From NCBI GenBank assembly GCA_965221775.1, contig CBDCSU010000005.1, positions 928,001 to 992,000 on the forward strand: a stretch of DNA of 64,000 nucleotides. Reading direction: 5' to 3'. Under the pieces are notes generated by a model, which was not told where the DNA came from, did not search any database, and was given only the letters and a program-made list of their open reading frames with translations. Source of the stretch: Candidatus Latescibacterota bacterium (GTDB lineage Bacteria > Latescibacterota > UBA2968 > UBA8231). Below are positions 55,111 to 64,000 of this stretch, piece by piece. The position numbers and the translations under genes were made by a program. The first letter of the stretch is position 1; every line of letters begins with the position of its first letter.

Positions 55111-56268
55111 ATGCGCGTTGCCCATATCTGTCAGTGGTTCATCCCCGGCCTGAGCTATCAGGAGAACTTCCTGCCCCAAGAACAGGCACGACTGGGACAC
55201 GATGTCTGGATTCTGACCAGTGATCGTGTTCCTCCCCGACTTCCTGTGGACCCAGACCGGTTTACTCCGGGCCGCTACGAGGAAGATTCCGTCCAGATAC
55301 GGCGCTTGCCCTCGATCATGCCGATCAAGGGCCGAGGCCAAGTCTACCTTCGAAACCTGATTCCGGCCTTGAGGGAAATCGAGCCTGAGATCATTCACAT
55401 CCACGGGCTCTGGTGCCTGCCTACCCTGCAGGTCATGGCTGGCAGCGTCCGGTCTACTCTCGTTGCCGATGACCATGCGGACAATGGGAATCTCCCGACC
55501 GGACCAGGAAACCTCATCCGCTTCGGCTTGGCCCGCTGGGTCTGCAAGCGCCTTTGTCGAGAAGGCAGCAAGATTTTCTCCGTCAATCCCTTCTCCCGCT
55601 GGTTCGTGACCGAAGTACTGCGCACTCCTCCCGGCAACGTCCATTTCCTGCCTCTCGGAATCAATACCCAGACCTTCTACCCGGATCCCCATCAGCGCAC
55701 GGAGGCGCGAAGGAAGCTCCGCCTTCCGCCCGACGTATGTGTGTTCATTACCTCTGGTCGCCTGACCCCGGGCAAGGGCTTCGAGCTCCTGATAGAGCGC
55801 TTTTCGGAAGTCCACCGGACCTGCGGTGCCAGCAGACTGATGATCATCGGATCAGGTTCGGAGGCATACGAGACTCAACTCAGGCACTTCGCCGCGGAGT
55901 GCGGCGTAGAGGAGGCCTTCCTTCTCCTGCCATGGATGGCTCAAGACGATCTCTGCGCGCACTACAATGCCGCCGACGTGGGAGTCCTCCCGGGCAAGCT
56001 GGGGGGAATCCGGGAAATCCTCGCGGTAGGACGTCCACTCATCGTCCCGGACCATCTGGCAACGCGCTACTTCATCGAGCATGGCAACGGCCTGACCTTT
56101 CCACCTGACGATCCATCCCGCCTCAGCCAGGCCATGCTGCAGTATGTCCAGCGACCGGATCTCCGCCAACAGCATGGCGCAAAGTCACTCTATGTCGCTC
56201 AAAATCACCTCTCCTGGCGGGCGATTGCCGCCGACAGTCTGCGGGTCTACTCCGGGCTCACTAGGTGA
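55111..56268 (+). CDS. Glycosyltransferase family 4
   Basis: YQENFL, IIHIHG, PLGIN..F.P, SGRL...KG, YNAADV.V.P. Confidence 0.85.
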   Translation: MRVAHICQWFIPGLSYQENFLPQEQARLGHDVWILTSDRVPPRLPVDPDRFTPGRYEEDSVQIRRLPSIMPIKGRGQVYLRNLIPALREIEPEIIHIHGLWCLPTLQVMAGSVRSTLVADDHADNGNLPTGPGNLIRFGLARWVCKRLCREGSKIFSVNPFSRWFVTEVLRTPPGNVHFLPLGINTQTFYPDPHQRTEARRKLRLPPDVCVFITSGRLTPGKGFELLIERFSEVHRTCGASRLMIIGSGSEAYETQLRHFAAECGVEEAFLLLPWMAQDDLCAHYNAADVGVLPGKLGGIREILAVGRPLIVPDHLATRYFIEHGNGLTFPPDDPSRLSQAMLQYVQRPDLRQQHGAKSLYVAQNHLSWRAIAADSLRVYSGLTR

Positions 56269-56312
56269 CGACCGTCTCAATGACCGAGTCGTCCAGACAA
56301 GGCAGCGACTAG

Positions 56313-57152
56313 ATGGAACCTGTGAAGATGATCGGCTGCCCCCCTTGGAGCAGGGCCGACATCCTGCAACACATTGACGAGTTTTCATCGATATACGCTG
56401 ACCGACCAATAGGGGACAACTATGCGGGAATGAAGGCACCTCACATGTTCGCCGTTTGGTTCATGGCAAAGAGCTTGCAGCCGGACCTGATCGTGGAGAG
56501 TGGAATATGGAAGGGGCAAAGTACCTGGCTCCTTGAAGTGGCCTGCCCTCAAGCGAAGTTGATCTCGATTGATCTGGAGCTAGATGCAAGGGAATACATC
56601 TCAGACAAGGCGATATACTCTGATCGTGACTTCTCCGAGCAGGACTGGTCGGAGATAACCGATCGTTCCCTTGTGTTCTTCGATGATCACCAAAATGCAT
56701 ACAGACGGTTGCAGCAATGCAAGTGGTTCGGAATCAAGCATGCCATTTTCGAAGACAACTATCCCGCCTCCCAAGGCGACTTCTACAGTCTGAAGAAGGC
56801 GTTTTCCAGCGCCGGTTTCGATCCTGTCGCTCCGACTGCCGGCTCCGCTCGTGCACTCTTGGATCGCCTGGCCGGTAGATTCGGCCGATCACTTCTTGAT
56901 CTCAGTGGCCAGTACGAAACCATCCGAGTCTCCCCGAACGTCATCGATGCGCGCATGCTGGAGGCCCACCTCGAGACCTACTTCGAGTTCCCTCCGGTCA
57001 TCAAGCCGGAAAGAACCCGTTGGGGTGATCTGTGGGATGATTCCTATCCGACTCCAGAGCCCTTGCTCAAGCGGCCGGAAAAACCCTCCCATCGTCCTTT
57101 CCTGGAGGAGGCCAAGTGGTATACCTGGATCTGCTATGTCAAGCTCAAATAG
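56313..57152 (+). CDS. Uncharacterised protein with class I SAM-methyltransferase-like motifs
   Basis: LIVESGIWKGQST, ISID, VFFDDHQ, IFEDNY. Confidence 0.65.
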   Translation: MEPVKMIGCPPWSRADILQHIDEFSSIYADRPIGDNYAGMKAPHMFAVWFMAKSLQPDLIVESGIWKGQSTWLLEVACPQAKLISIDLELDAREYISDKAIYSDRDFSEQDWSEITDRSLVFFDDHQNAYRRLQQCKWFGIKHAIFEDNYPASQGDFYSLKKAFSSAGFDPVAPTAGSARALLDRLAGRFGRSLLDLSGQYETIRVSPNVIDARMLEAHLETYFEFPPVIKPERTRWGDLWDDSYPTPEPLLKRPEKPSHRPFLEEAKWYTWICYVKLK

Positions 57153-57184
57153 GGCACTGCCTCCTCTGACTTGAACTGGGTGCC

Positions 57185-58369
57185 ATGGCCGCCTCCGAGA
57201 CAGTCCTGATCGGATCACTGCCTCCCCCGCTCACCGGGCAGACCGTCGCATTCCAGATGGTCTGCGAGGGCTTCCGGCAGCGTCGACTCCCCTGTCGAGT
57301 CGTCGACCTCAGTGGCGGAACCCACACCAGGCCCGACGGGCAATTCTCCCTGGTGCGCGTGTGGCAACTCCTCAGACCCTTCCAGCAGGCCCTCACCTTG
57401 GTTTCCGGGAGCAAGATCCTCTATCTGAGTGCGGCGCAGAACTGGATGGGGTTTCTCCGGGACAGCGTCTTCATCCTTCTTGCTGTCGCGGGCGGCCAGC
57501 GAATCGTCATCCACGTCCATGGAGGGCACTACGACGGCTTCTACAACTCGCTGCGGCCAGTGCAACAGTACTGCGTTCGCAAAGTGCTCGGGCACGTGGA
57601 CAGGATAGTGATCCTCGGAAGGGCCCTCTCGGGCATGTTCGACTTCGGGCCTTCCTTTCGGGAAAAGACCGTGGTCGTGTTCAATGGACTACCCTATGGA
57701 CGGGAGGAGACTCCCGGGGAACCCAAGAGCCTGCCGGCGCCGCTCCAAGGACGCCCAAGGCTTCTCTTCCTGTCCAACCTGATCGTGAGCAAGGGCTACC
57801 TTCAGGCGCTCGAAGCACTTCGGGTCCTTGTGCAAGAGATGGGGATCGACGCGGAGTGCCATTTCTGCGGCAGCTTCGTTCTCGCCTCCGACATCAGCCC
57901 GTACTCCAGTCCCGAAGAGGCAGAGGCCGACTTCCGTGCCCAGGTCAGCACATCGGGACTCGAAGACCGCGCTTTCTGGCATGGACCTGTCGACGGAAGG
58001 GCAAAAGCGAGATTTCTCGAAGAGAGTCACTTCTTCCTCCTTCCCACATGTTACAGGTACGAGGCCCAACCGATCTCCATCATTGAGGCCCTCGCCTTCG
58101 GACTGGTCGTGATTTCGACACCATTCCGCACAATACCCGAAATGATCGAAGATGGCAGAGCTGGCGAACTGATCCCTTTTGAACGGCCCGCTGAGATGGC
58201 CGGGGTGATCGCCTCCTATGTCCGAGATCCGGACAGATTCGAGGCGATGAGTCGCACCTCCATCGACCGGTACCGGCAAGCCTTTACCAGGGAGCAACAT
58301 CTCGCCAAGCTGATTCCTCTTGTCCTGGGGGAAGCTGTCTGCGGCCAACCAGCGGGAGCTACCACATGA
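57185..58369 (+). CDS. Glycosyltransferase family 4
   Basis: PPPLTGQ, IHVHGG, FLSNL..SKG, EAQPISIIEA (EX7E). Confidence 0.88.
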   Translation: MAASETVLIGSLPPPLTGQTVAFQMVCEGFRQRRLPCRVVDLSGGTHTRPDGQFSLVRVWQLLRPFQQALTLVSGSKILYLSAAQNWMGFLRDSVFILLAVAGGQRIVIHVHGGHYDGFYNSLRPVQQYCVRKVLGHVDRIVILGRALSGMFDFGPSFREKTVVVFNGLPYGREETPGEPKSLPAPLQGRPRLLFLSNLIVSKGYLQALEALRVLVQEMGIDAECHFCGSFVLASDISPYSSPEEAEADFRAQVSTSGLEDRAFWHGPVDGRAKARFLEESHFFLLPTCYRYEAQPISIIEALAFGLVVISTPFRTIPEMIEDGRAGELIPFERPAEMAGVIASYVRDPDRFEAMSRTSIDRYRQAFTREQHLAKLIPLVLGEAVCGQPAGATT

Positions 58370-61300
58370 AGCCCGGAATCCTGAGAGTCGCCGTCCCTTT
58401 CCTTGCCGTTGTCGGGTCACTGTCCAGCCGGCCGGCCGGAGCGGAGTTCCTTCTTGAGGGGCGCGTGAGCATGCCCTCCGGGGCCCCGGCTCCCGGTGCC
58501 CGGGTGATGCTCTTCGACCTGTCGGAGTTTCGACTATTGGCCGGGACCACAACGGACGCAACCGGCCGCTTCTCCATTTCCCAAGAGGCCCTGGGCCCAT
58601 CCGCCCTCCCGGACCAGTTCTCCCTCGGCCCGAACTACCCCAACCCCTTCAACCCCTCCACCATCATCCCCTATCAACTGCCGGTGGCGGCGCACGTGCG
58701 CTTGCAGGTCTTCAACCTCCTGGGCCAGCGCATTGCCACGCTGGTGGACGGGGAGCAGCCCGCCGGCTTTCACAGCGCCCGCTGGGACGGCACCGATGCC
58801 GCAGGCCGTGCCGTGGGGGCCGGGGTATACCTCTACCGGCTGCAGAGCGGCTCCCGGGTTGCCACCGAACGCATGGTGCTGGTGGACGGGCAGGCCGGGA
58901 TTCCCGCGCCTTGGGTGGGCCACACCCCTGCCCGTGGGCCCCAGGCCCTCGGGGAGGGCACCTACGTCCATGGTCTGACCGTTTCCGGTCCGGGCTTGCT
59001 CACCTATGTGGAACCGGCCTTCCGAGTGGGAACCGGCATGGTGCCTGTAGACCTCGTACTCGAAGAGGCAGCAGGCCGGGGCCCAAGAGGAAAAGCCGCC
59101 CAGAGCGGCGTGCCGGGAGACGTGGACAACAACGGCCGCGTCGATCTCGTGGACGCCCTGCTGGTGGCCACGTACATCGCCGACAACTCCGTCACCATGC
59201 CCAACAACGGGGATATCTCCCAGGCCGACATGAACGGCGACGGCCAGATCGACTATGTCGACGTCTGGCTCATCGCCACGCAGTTCGTGCTTCAGCAGAT
59301 CGGGGAACAGGACGGTATAGATGCCGGGCCCTCAAGGATGTACTGGGTGGACCGGGGCACGCACAGGGTCCAGCGCGCCAACCTCGACGGGTCCAACGTG
59401 GAGAGCCTGGTCACCACCGGCTTGAGCGCCCCCAGGGATTTGGCCCTGGATGTGGCCGCGGGAAAGATGTACTGGACCGATGACGGCACGGACCGGATTC
59501 AGCGCGCCAACCTCGATGGGTCCCAGGTCGAGAATCTCGTCGCCGCCGGGTTGGCCGGACCTGCAGGACTGGCATTGGATGCGGCCGCCGGCTGGATGTA
59601 CTGGACGGATGAGAGGACCGGGAAGGTCCAACGAGCCAGCCTTGACGGATCAGGCGTGGAGGACCTCGTCACGGGACTTGGCACCCCCCAGGGGCTGGCC
59701 CTGGACGTGGCCGCCGGCAGGATGTACTGGTCCGACGCCGGCACAGACAAGATCCAGCGCGCCAACCTCGACGGATCCAGCGTCGAAGACCTCGTCACGG
59801 GACTGGGCAACCCCCAGGGGCTGGCCCTGGACGTGGCCGCCGGCAGGATGTACTGGTCCGACTCGGGCACAGACAAGATCCAGCGCGCCAACCTCGACGG
59901 ATCCAATGTCGAGGACCTCGTCACATCGGGATTGAGTCTCCCGGAGGGACTGGCCTTGGATACGGCGGCCGGGAAGATGTACTGGACGGACTCGGGCACG
60001 GACAGGATTCGACGGGCCGACCTCGACGGCTCCAATGTCGAGAATCTCGTGATCACCGGCCTGAGCGGGACCGGCGGGCTGGCGCTGGAGATCGCGGGCG
60101 CTGAGACCCCTGCTGCCACACTGTCGCCGGACCCCTCTTCAGTGGAGTTCCTGGACGACGGGACCTGGCACGCCTTTACCGTCCGGGCCGATGGGCCGGT
60201 CGAGGTCGTGGCCAATCCCACCGGCACCACCCCGAGGGTTGAGATCACCGGCACCAGCGGAGATTCCAACCGATGCCCCGCCGTGGCCGAGGACGGCGTC
60301 ACCCGCGAGGACAACGATACCATCTATCTGTCCGGGTGCTCCGCCGGGCAGGCCAGGGTGGAGCTTCGGAGCACCTCGGACCAGACCCTCCTCCGGACCT
60401 ATACCTTCACCATCGAGGAGCCGCCCACGGCCACCACGGGACCCGGCATCGCCGCCATCTACTGGACCGACGGCGACAAGATCCAGCGCGCCGATGCCGA
60501 CGGCGGCAACGTGGAAGACCTCGTCACCTTCGGCTCGCCCCGGAGCCTGGCCCTCGACGTGCTGGAGGGCAAGATCTACTGGTCCGACCAGGACTCCCGC
60601 TGGATCTGGCGCGCCAACCTCGACGGATCGGACACCGAGGCAGTCGTCACGGCCCGCCTGATTCGCCCCGTTGCCATCGCCCTGGACCTGGCGCGAGATC
60701 AGATCTACTGGACCGACGCCGGATCCAACAAGATCCAGCGGGCCAATCTCGACGGCTCCCGCGTCCAGACCCTGGTTTCCGTCGGCCTGCACAGCCCCGA
60801 GGGCATCGCGCTGGACGTGGACGGGGGCAAGGTCTACTGGTCCGACTACGGCACCAACAAGATCCAGCGGGCCAACCTCGACGGCTCCAACGTCGAGGAT
60901 CTGGTCTCCACCGGACTGAAGATCCCCGGGGAGCTGGCCCTCGACTTGGCGGCCGGCAAGATCTACTGGACGGACTACGGCACCGACAAGATCCAGCGGG
61001 CGGACCTGGACGGATCCAACGTCGAAGACCTCGTCACCACGGGACTGAGAATCGCCAAGGGGCTGGCTCTGGATGTGGCCGCGGGCAAGATCTACTGGGC
61101 CGATTCGGGGACCGGCAAGGTCCAGCGGGCCAACCTCGACGGGTCCGAGGTCGAAGACGTTGTGACCCGCCCGGGCGGCACTCCCGCCAGCGTCGCCCTG
61201 GCCAGTCCCGCCGCCTCCCTGTCGCCAAGTCCCTCCTCCATCATTCTGCCCCGGCAGGGGACTTGGCGCCGCTTCGAGGTCCAGGCCACCGAGCCCGTCA

Positions 61301-62298
61301 CCATAGTGGCCAACCCCACCGGGGCCCAGGCCCGCATCCTGGTTACCCAGTCCCAAGGGGCAGCCCTCGAGTGCCCGGCGCAACCGGAAGCCACCATCAC
61401 CCGCTACGACGGCCAAGCCGTCTACTTGGCCGCCTGCGAGACCGGGGAGGGAAGATTGGAGCTGCGCAGGGCGTCGGACCAGGCGGTCCTTCGGACCTAC
61501 ACCGTACAGGTATCGGCCAAGTTGAAGATCTACTGGACGGACGCGGATGCGGACAAGATCCAGCGGGCGGATCTCGATGGATCCAATGTCGAAGACCTCG
61601 TCACTACCGGACTGAACCATCCTATTGGGCTGGCACTCGATGCCGTGAATGGCAAGATGTATTGGGCCGGGTACCGCGCACGCAAGATTCGGCGAGCCGA
61701 TCTGGACGGGTCCAATGTGGAAGACCTCGTCGACCTCGGTGTGGAACAACCCGTGGGGATGACTCTGGATGTGGCTGGAGGCAAGATGTACTGGACCAAC
61801 TGGAACGGACAGAAGATCCAGCGGGCCAACCTTGACGGGTCCCATGTGGAAGATCTCGTGACCAGTGGACTCTTCGCGACACACGGCCTCGTCCTGGATC
61901 TGTCGGAGGGGAAGATGTACTGGACGGAGGTTGGTGGAGACAGGATCCGACGGGCCAACCTCGATGGGTCCAATGTGGAAGACCTGATCACCAGAGGACT
62001 GAGGGATCCAAGAGAGATCGTCCTGGATCTTGCGGGCGGCAAGATGTACTGGGCGGAGCAGGGCTCGCGCAGAATCCGCCGCGCCAACCTCGACGGATCG
62101 AATATCGAAGATCTCATCACCGGACTGAGCAGTCCGGAAGGGCTCGACCTGGATGTCGCCCTCGGCAAGATGTACTGGACTGATGTCCGCACCGACAAGA
62201 TCCAGAGAGCCAACCTCGACGGGTCTGAGGTCGAGGATCTCGTGACTACCGGACTGGAGTTCGCCCGCGACTTGGTCCTCTTGGACTCAACGGACTGA
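58366..62298 (+). CDS. Large secreted protein: internal CTD/FlgD-Ig-like domain, dockerin, three YWTD (LDL-receptor class B) six-bladed propellers
   Basis: Signal peptide; NYPNPFNPST..WDGTD..G..GVYLYRL; GDVDNNGRVD / DMNGDGQID; 18 YW.D-type repeats in three groups of six. Confidence 0.88.
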   Translation: MKPGILRVAVPFLAVVGSLSSRPAGAEFLLEGRVSMPSGAPAPGARVMLFDLSEFRLLAGTTTDATGRFSISQEALGPSALPDQFSLGPNYPNPFNPSTIIPYQLPVAAHVRLQVFNLLGQRIATLVDGEQPAGFHSARWDGTDAAGRAVGAGVYLYRLQSGSRVATERMVLVDGQAGIPAPWVGHTPARGPQALGEGTYVHGLTVSGPGLLTYVEPAFRVGTGMVPVDLVLEEAAGRGPRGKAAQSGVPGDVDNNGRVDLVDALLVATYIADNSVTMPNNGDISQADMNGDGQIDYVDVWLIATQFVLQQIGEQDGIDAGPSRMYWVDRGTHRVQRANLDGSNVESLVTTGLSAPRDLALDVAAGKMYWTDDGTDRIQRANLDGSQVENLVAAGLAGPAGLALDAAAGWMYWTDERTGKVQRASLDGSGVEDLVTGLGTPQGLALDVAAGRMYWSDAGTDKIQRANLDGSSVEDLVTGLGNPQGLALDVAAGRMYWSDSGTDKIQRANLDGSNVEDLVTSGLSLPEGLALDTAAGKMYWTDSGTDRIRRADLDGSNVENLVITGLSGTGGLALEIAGAETPAATLSPDPSSVEFLDDGTWHAFTVRADGPVEVVANPTGTTPRVEITGTSGDSNRCPAVAEDGVTREDNDTIYLSGCSAGQARVELRSTSDQTLLRTYTFTIEEPPTATTGPGIAAIYWTDGDKIQRADADGGNVEDLVTFGSPRSLALDVLEGKIYWSDQDSRWIWRANLDGSDTEAVVTARLIRPVAIALDLARDQIYWTDAGSNKIQRANLDGSRVQTLVSVGLHSPEGIALDVDGGKVYWSDYGTNKIQRANLDGSNVEDLVSTGLKIPGELALDLAAGKIYWTDYGTDKIQRADLDGSNVEDLVTTGLRIAKGLALDVAAGKIYWADSGTGKVQRANLDGSEVEDVVTRPGGTPASVALASPAASLSPSPSSIILPRQGTWRRFEVQATEPVTIVANPTGAQARILVTQSQGAALECPAQPEATITRYDGQAVYLAACETGEGRLELRRASDQAVLRTYTVQVSAKLKIYWTDADADKIQRADLDGSNVEDLVTTGLNHPIGLALDAVNGKMYWAGYRARKIRRADLDGSNVEDLVDLGVEQPVGMTLDVAGGKMYWTNWNGQKIQRANLDGSHVEDLVTSGLFATHGLVLDLSEGKMYWTEVGGDRIRRANLDGSNVEDLITRGLRDPREIVLDLAGGKMYWAEQGSRRIRRANLDGSNIEDLITGLSSPEGLDLDVALGKMYWTDVRTDKIQRANLDGSEVEDLVTTGLEFARDLVLLDSTD
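59662..59924 (+). repeat. Near-identical 126-bp tandem repeat (YWTD blades 4 and 5)
   Basis: GACCTCGTCAC recurs at 59662, 59788 and 59914; the two intervening units differ at only a few bases. Confidence 0.85.
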
Positions 62299-62341
62299 AG
62301 ACGTTGCCGACTGGGCGAGCCATGGATGAACGGAGTGGAGC

Positions 62342-64000
62342 ATGGATGCTGGAGCCTTGAAACGCGTCCTCAGCTGTATTGCCGTCCTTGGATGGGCATC
62401 GAGCCTGCCGGCGGGGTCCGATCCCCTGCTCGAGGGCCAGGTGCGCCTGCCTTCCGGGGACCGGGTCCCCGGCGCCCGGGTGATGCTCTTCGATCTGGCC
62501 GAGTACCGTCTTCTAGGCAGCACCGCAACGGACCGGGCCGGCAGATTCACGCTGTCACTTGAAACGGCTCTGGAGACGTCCCCCCTGCCCGGACGATTCT
62601 CTCTCGGCCCGAACTATCCCAACCCCTTCAACCCCTCCACCATCATTCCCTATCAGCTGCCGGTCTCCGCTCACGTGCGCCTGGAGGTCTTCAATCTCCT
62701 CGGTCAGCGGATCGCCACCTTGGTGGATAGGGAGCAGCCCGCCGGCTTCCACAGCGCCCGCTGGGACGGCACCGACGCCGCGGGACGGGCCGTGGGGGCC
62801 GGGGTCTATCTCTACCGGCTGGCAAGCGGGCAGACGGTGGCCACCGAACGCATGGTGCTGATTGACGGGCAGGCCGGGATCCCGGCCCCGGAGGTGGCTC
62901 CGCACGCAGGAGTTGCCCTTGGCGCTGAGCCCTCGACGACGGGCCTGGGCGTCTATGGTCTGACCGTCTTTGCACCGGGCCTGGTTTCCCACGTGGACCC
63001 GGCTCTTGAGCTTCCGGCTGTATCGGGCCCCTTGGACCTCGTCCTCCTGGAGATGGGGAACATCCCAAGGGAGAAGGTCGCCCAGAGCGGGGTGCCGGGC
63101 GACGTGGACAACAACGGCCGGGTCGATATTGTGGACGCCCTGCTTGTGGCCACCTACATCGCCGACGGCTCCGTGACAATGCCCAACAACGGGGACGTCT
63201 CGCAGGGAGACATGAACGATGACGGCCGGATCGACTACGTCGACGTCTGGCTCATTGTCACCCAGTTCGTGCTCCAACAGATCGGCGGGCAGCAGCTCCC
63301 AGACGCCGGGCCCTCCAGGATGTACTGGCTGGACCGGGGCACGGACAGGATCCAGCGAGCCAATCTCGACGGGTCCAACGTCGAGAGCCTGGTCACGGCC
63401 GGATTGAGCGGGCCCAAGGAGCTGGCCCTGGATGTGGCCGGAGGCAAGATGTACTGGACCGACGATGGCACGGACAAGATTCAGCGTGCCAACCTCGACG
63501 GGTCCCAGGTGGAGGATCTCGTCACCGTCGGGTTGATCGGACCTGCGGCGCTCGAACTGGACCTGGCAGCGGGCCGGATGTACTGGACCGATCAGAGGAC
63601 CGGGAAGATCCAGCGGGCCAACCTGGACGGCTCCGGCGTGGAGGATCTCGTAGTCGGTCTGAGTGACCCACAGGGACTGGCCTTGGATATCGCCGCCGGA
63701 AGGATGTACTGGACCGACCAGGGGGCGAAGGTGATCCGGCGGGCAAACCTGGATGGATCAGAGATACGGGATCTGGTCACCTCGGGACTTCGCGCTCCCA
63801 CGGCTCTGGTCCTGGATACCGAGAACGGCAAGATGTACTGGACCGACTGGGGTACGGACAGGATTCAACGCGCTGATCTCGATGGGTCCAACGTACAGGA
63901 TCTCGTCTCTACGCGAGGGGACATCCTGCATGGGCTCGCGCTGGACCTGGGGGCCGGCAAGATGTACTGGACCGACCATGACAGGGGCCGGATCCAACGG
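62342..64000 (+). CDS. Paralog of the upstream YWTD/dockerin surface protein (3'-truncated by window edge)
   Basis: GGAG RBS, MDAGALKRVLSCIAVLG..., same CTD-like, dockerin and YWTD order; frame stays open to the window end. Not in the ORF track. Confidence 0.85.
   Translation, partial: MDAGALKRVLSCIAVLGWASSLPAGSDPLLEGQVRLPSGDRVPGARVMLFDLAEYRLLGSTATDRAGRFTLSLETALETSPLPGRFSLGPNYPNPFNPSTIIPYQLPVSAHVRLEVFNLLGQRIATLVDREQPAGFHSARWDGTDAAGRAVGAGVYLYRLASGQTVATERMVLIDGQAGIPAPEVAPHAGVALGAEPSTTGLGVYGLTVFAPGLVSHVDPALELPAVSGPLDLVLLEMGNIPREKVAQSGVPGDVDNNGRVDIVDALLVATYIADGSVTMPNNGDVSQGDMNDDGRIDYVDVWLIVTQFVLQQIGGQQLPDAGPSRMYWLDRGTDRIQRANLDGSNVESLVTAGLSGPKELALDVAGGKMYWTDDGTDKIQRANLDGSQVEDLVTVGLIGPAALELDLAAGRMYWTDQRTGKIQRANLDGSGVEDLVVGLSDPQGLALDIAAGRMYWTDQGAKVIRRANLDGSEIRDLVTSGLRAPTALVLDTENGKMYWTDWGTDRIQRADLDGSNVQDLVSTRGDILHGLALDLGAGKMYWTDHDRGRIQR

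Noticed and set aside
59338-64000. Regularly spaced DNA repeats resembling a CRISPR array
   Set aside because: They are in-frame 42-43-codon protein repeats (YWTD) with degenerate third positions; no unique spacers or cas genes.

Overview
High-GC bacterial chromosomal window, densely coded with about 57 CDS and one tRNA. No CRISPR array, integrase or transposase was seen. PorU/PorV genes, CTD/FlgD-Ig-tailed proteins, paired PhyH dioxygenases and YWTD-repeat proteins suggest an FCB-group organism outside Bacteroidota (Latescibacterota-like), possibly host- or sponge-associated; this is inference. Layout: (1) 1-5.7 kb lexA 3' end, glycerate kinase, PorV-family, era, purD, folB, folK. (2) 5.7-20 kb minus-strand type IX secretion-like operon whose PorU has Ser at the catalytic Cys position and whose M6-like protein has lost its zinc motif. 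(3) 20-27 kb housekeeping: rpmB, DegT aminotransferase, Trm112-like, tRNA-Leu(GAG), secG, tpiA, pgk, pfk, comF. (4) 27-35 kb selenoneine-type cluster: egtD, PhnCDE-like putative selenium ABC transporter, a selenocysteine-containing selD/senC with in-frame UGA and SECIS-like hairpin that the ORF track missed, senA, senB. (5) 35-43 kb mixed enzymes and a coiled-coil/beta-CASP nuclease fusion. (6) 43-53 kb catabolic cluster of unknown substrate. (7) 53.6-58.4 kb flippase and glycosyltransferases, with more AT-rich codon use in the GT part. (8) 58.4-64 kb two paralogous surface proteins with internal CTD-like domain, dockerin and YWTD propellers. Two small orphan genes have sigma54-type promoters.
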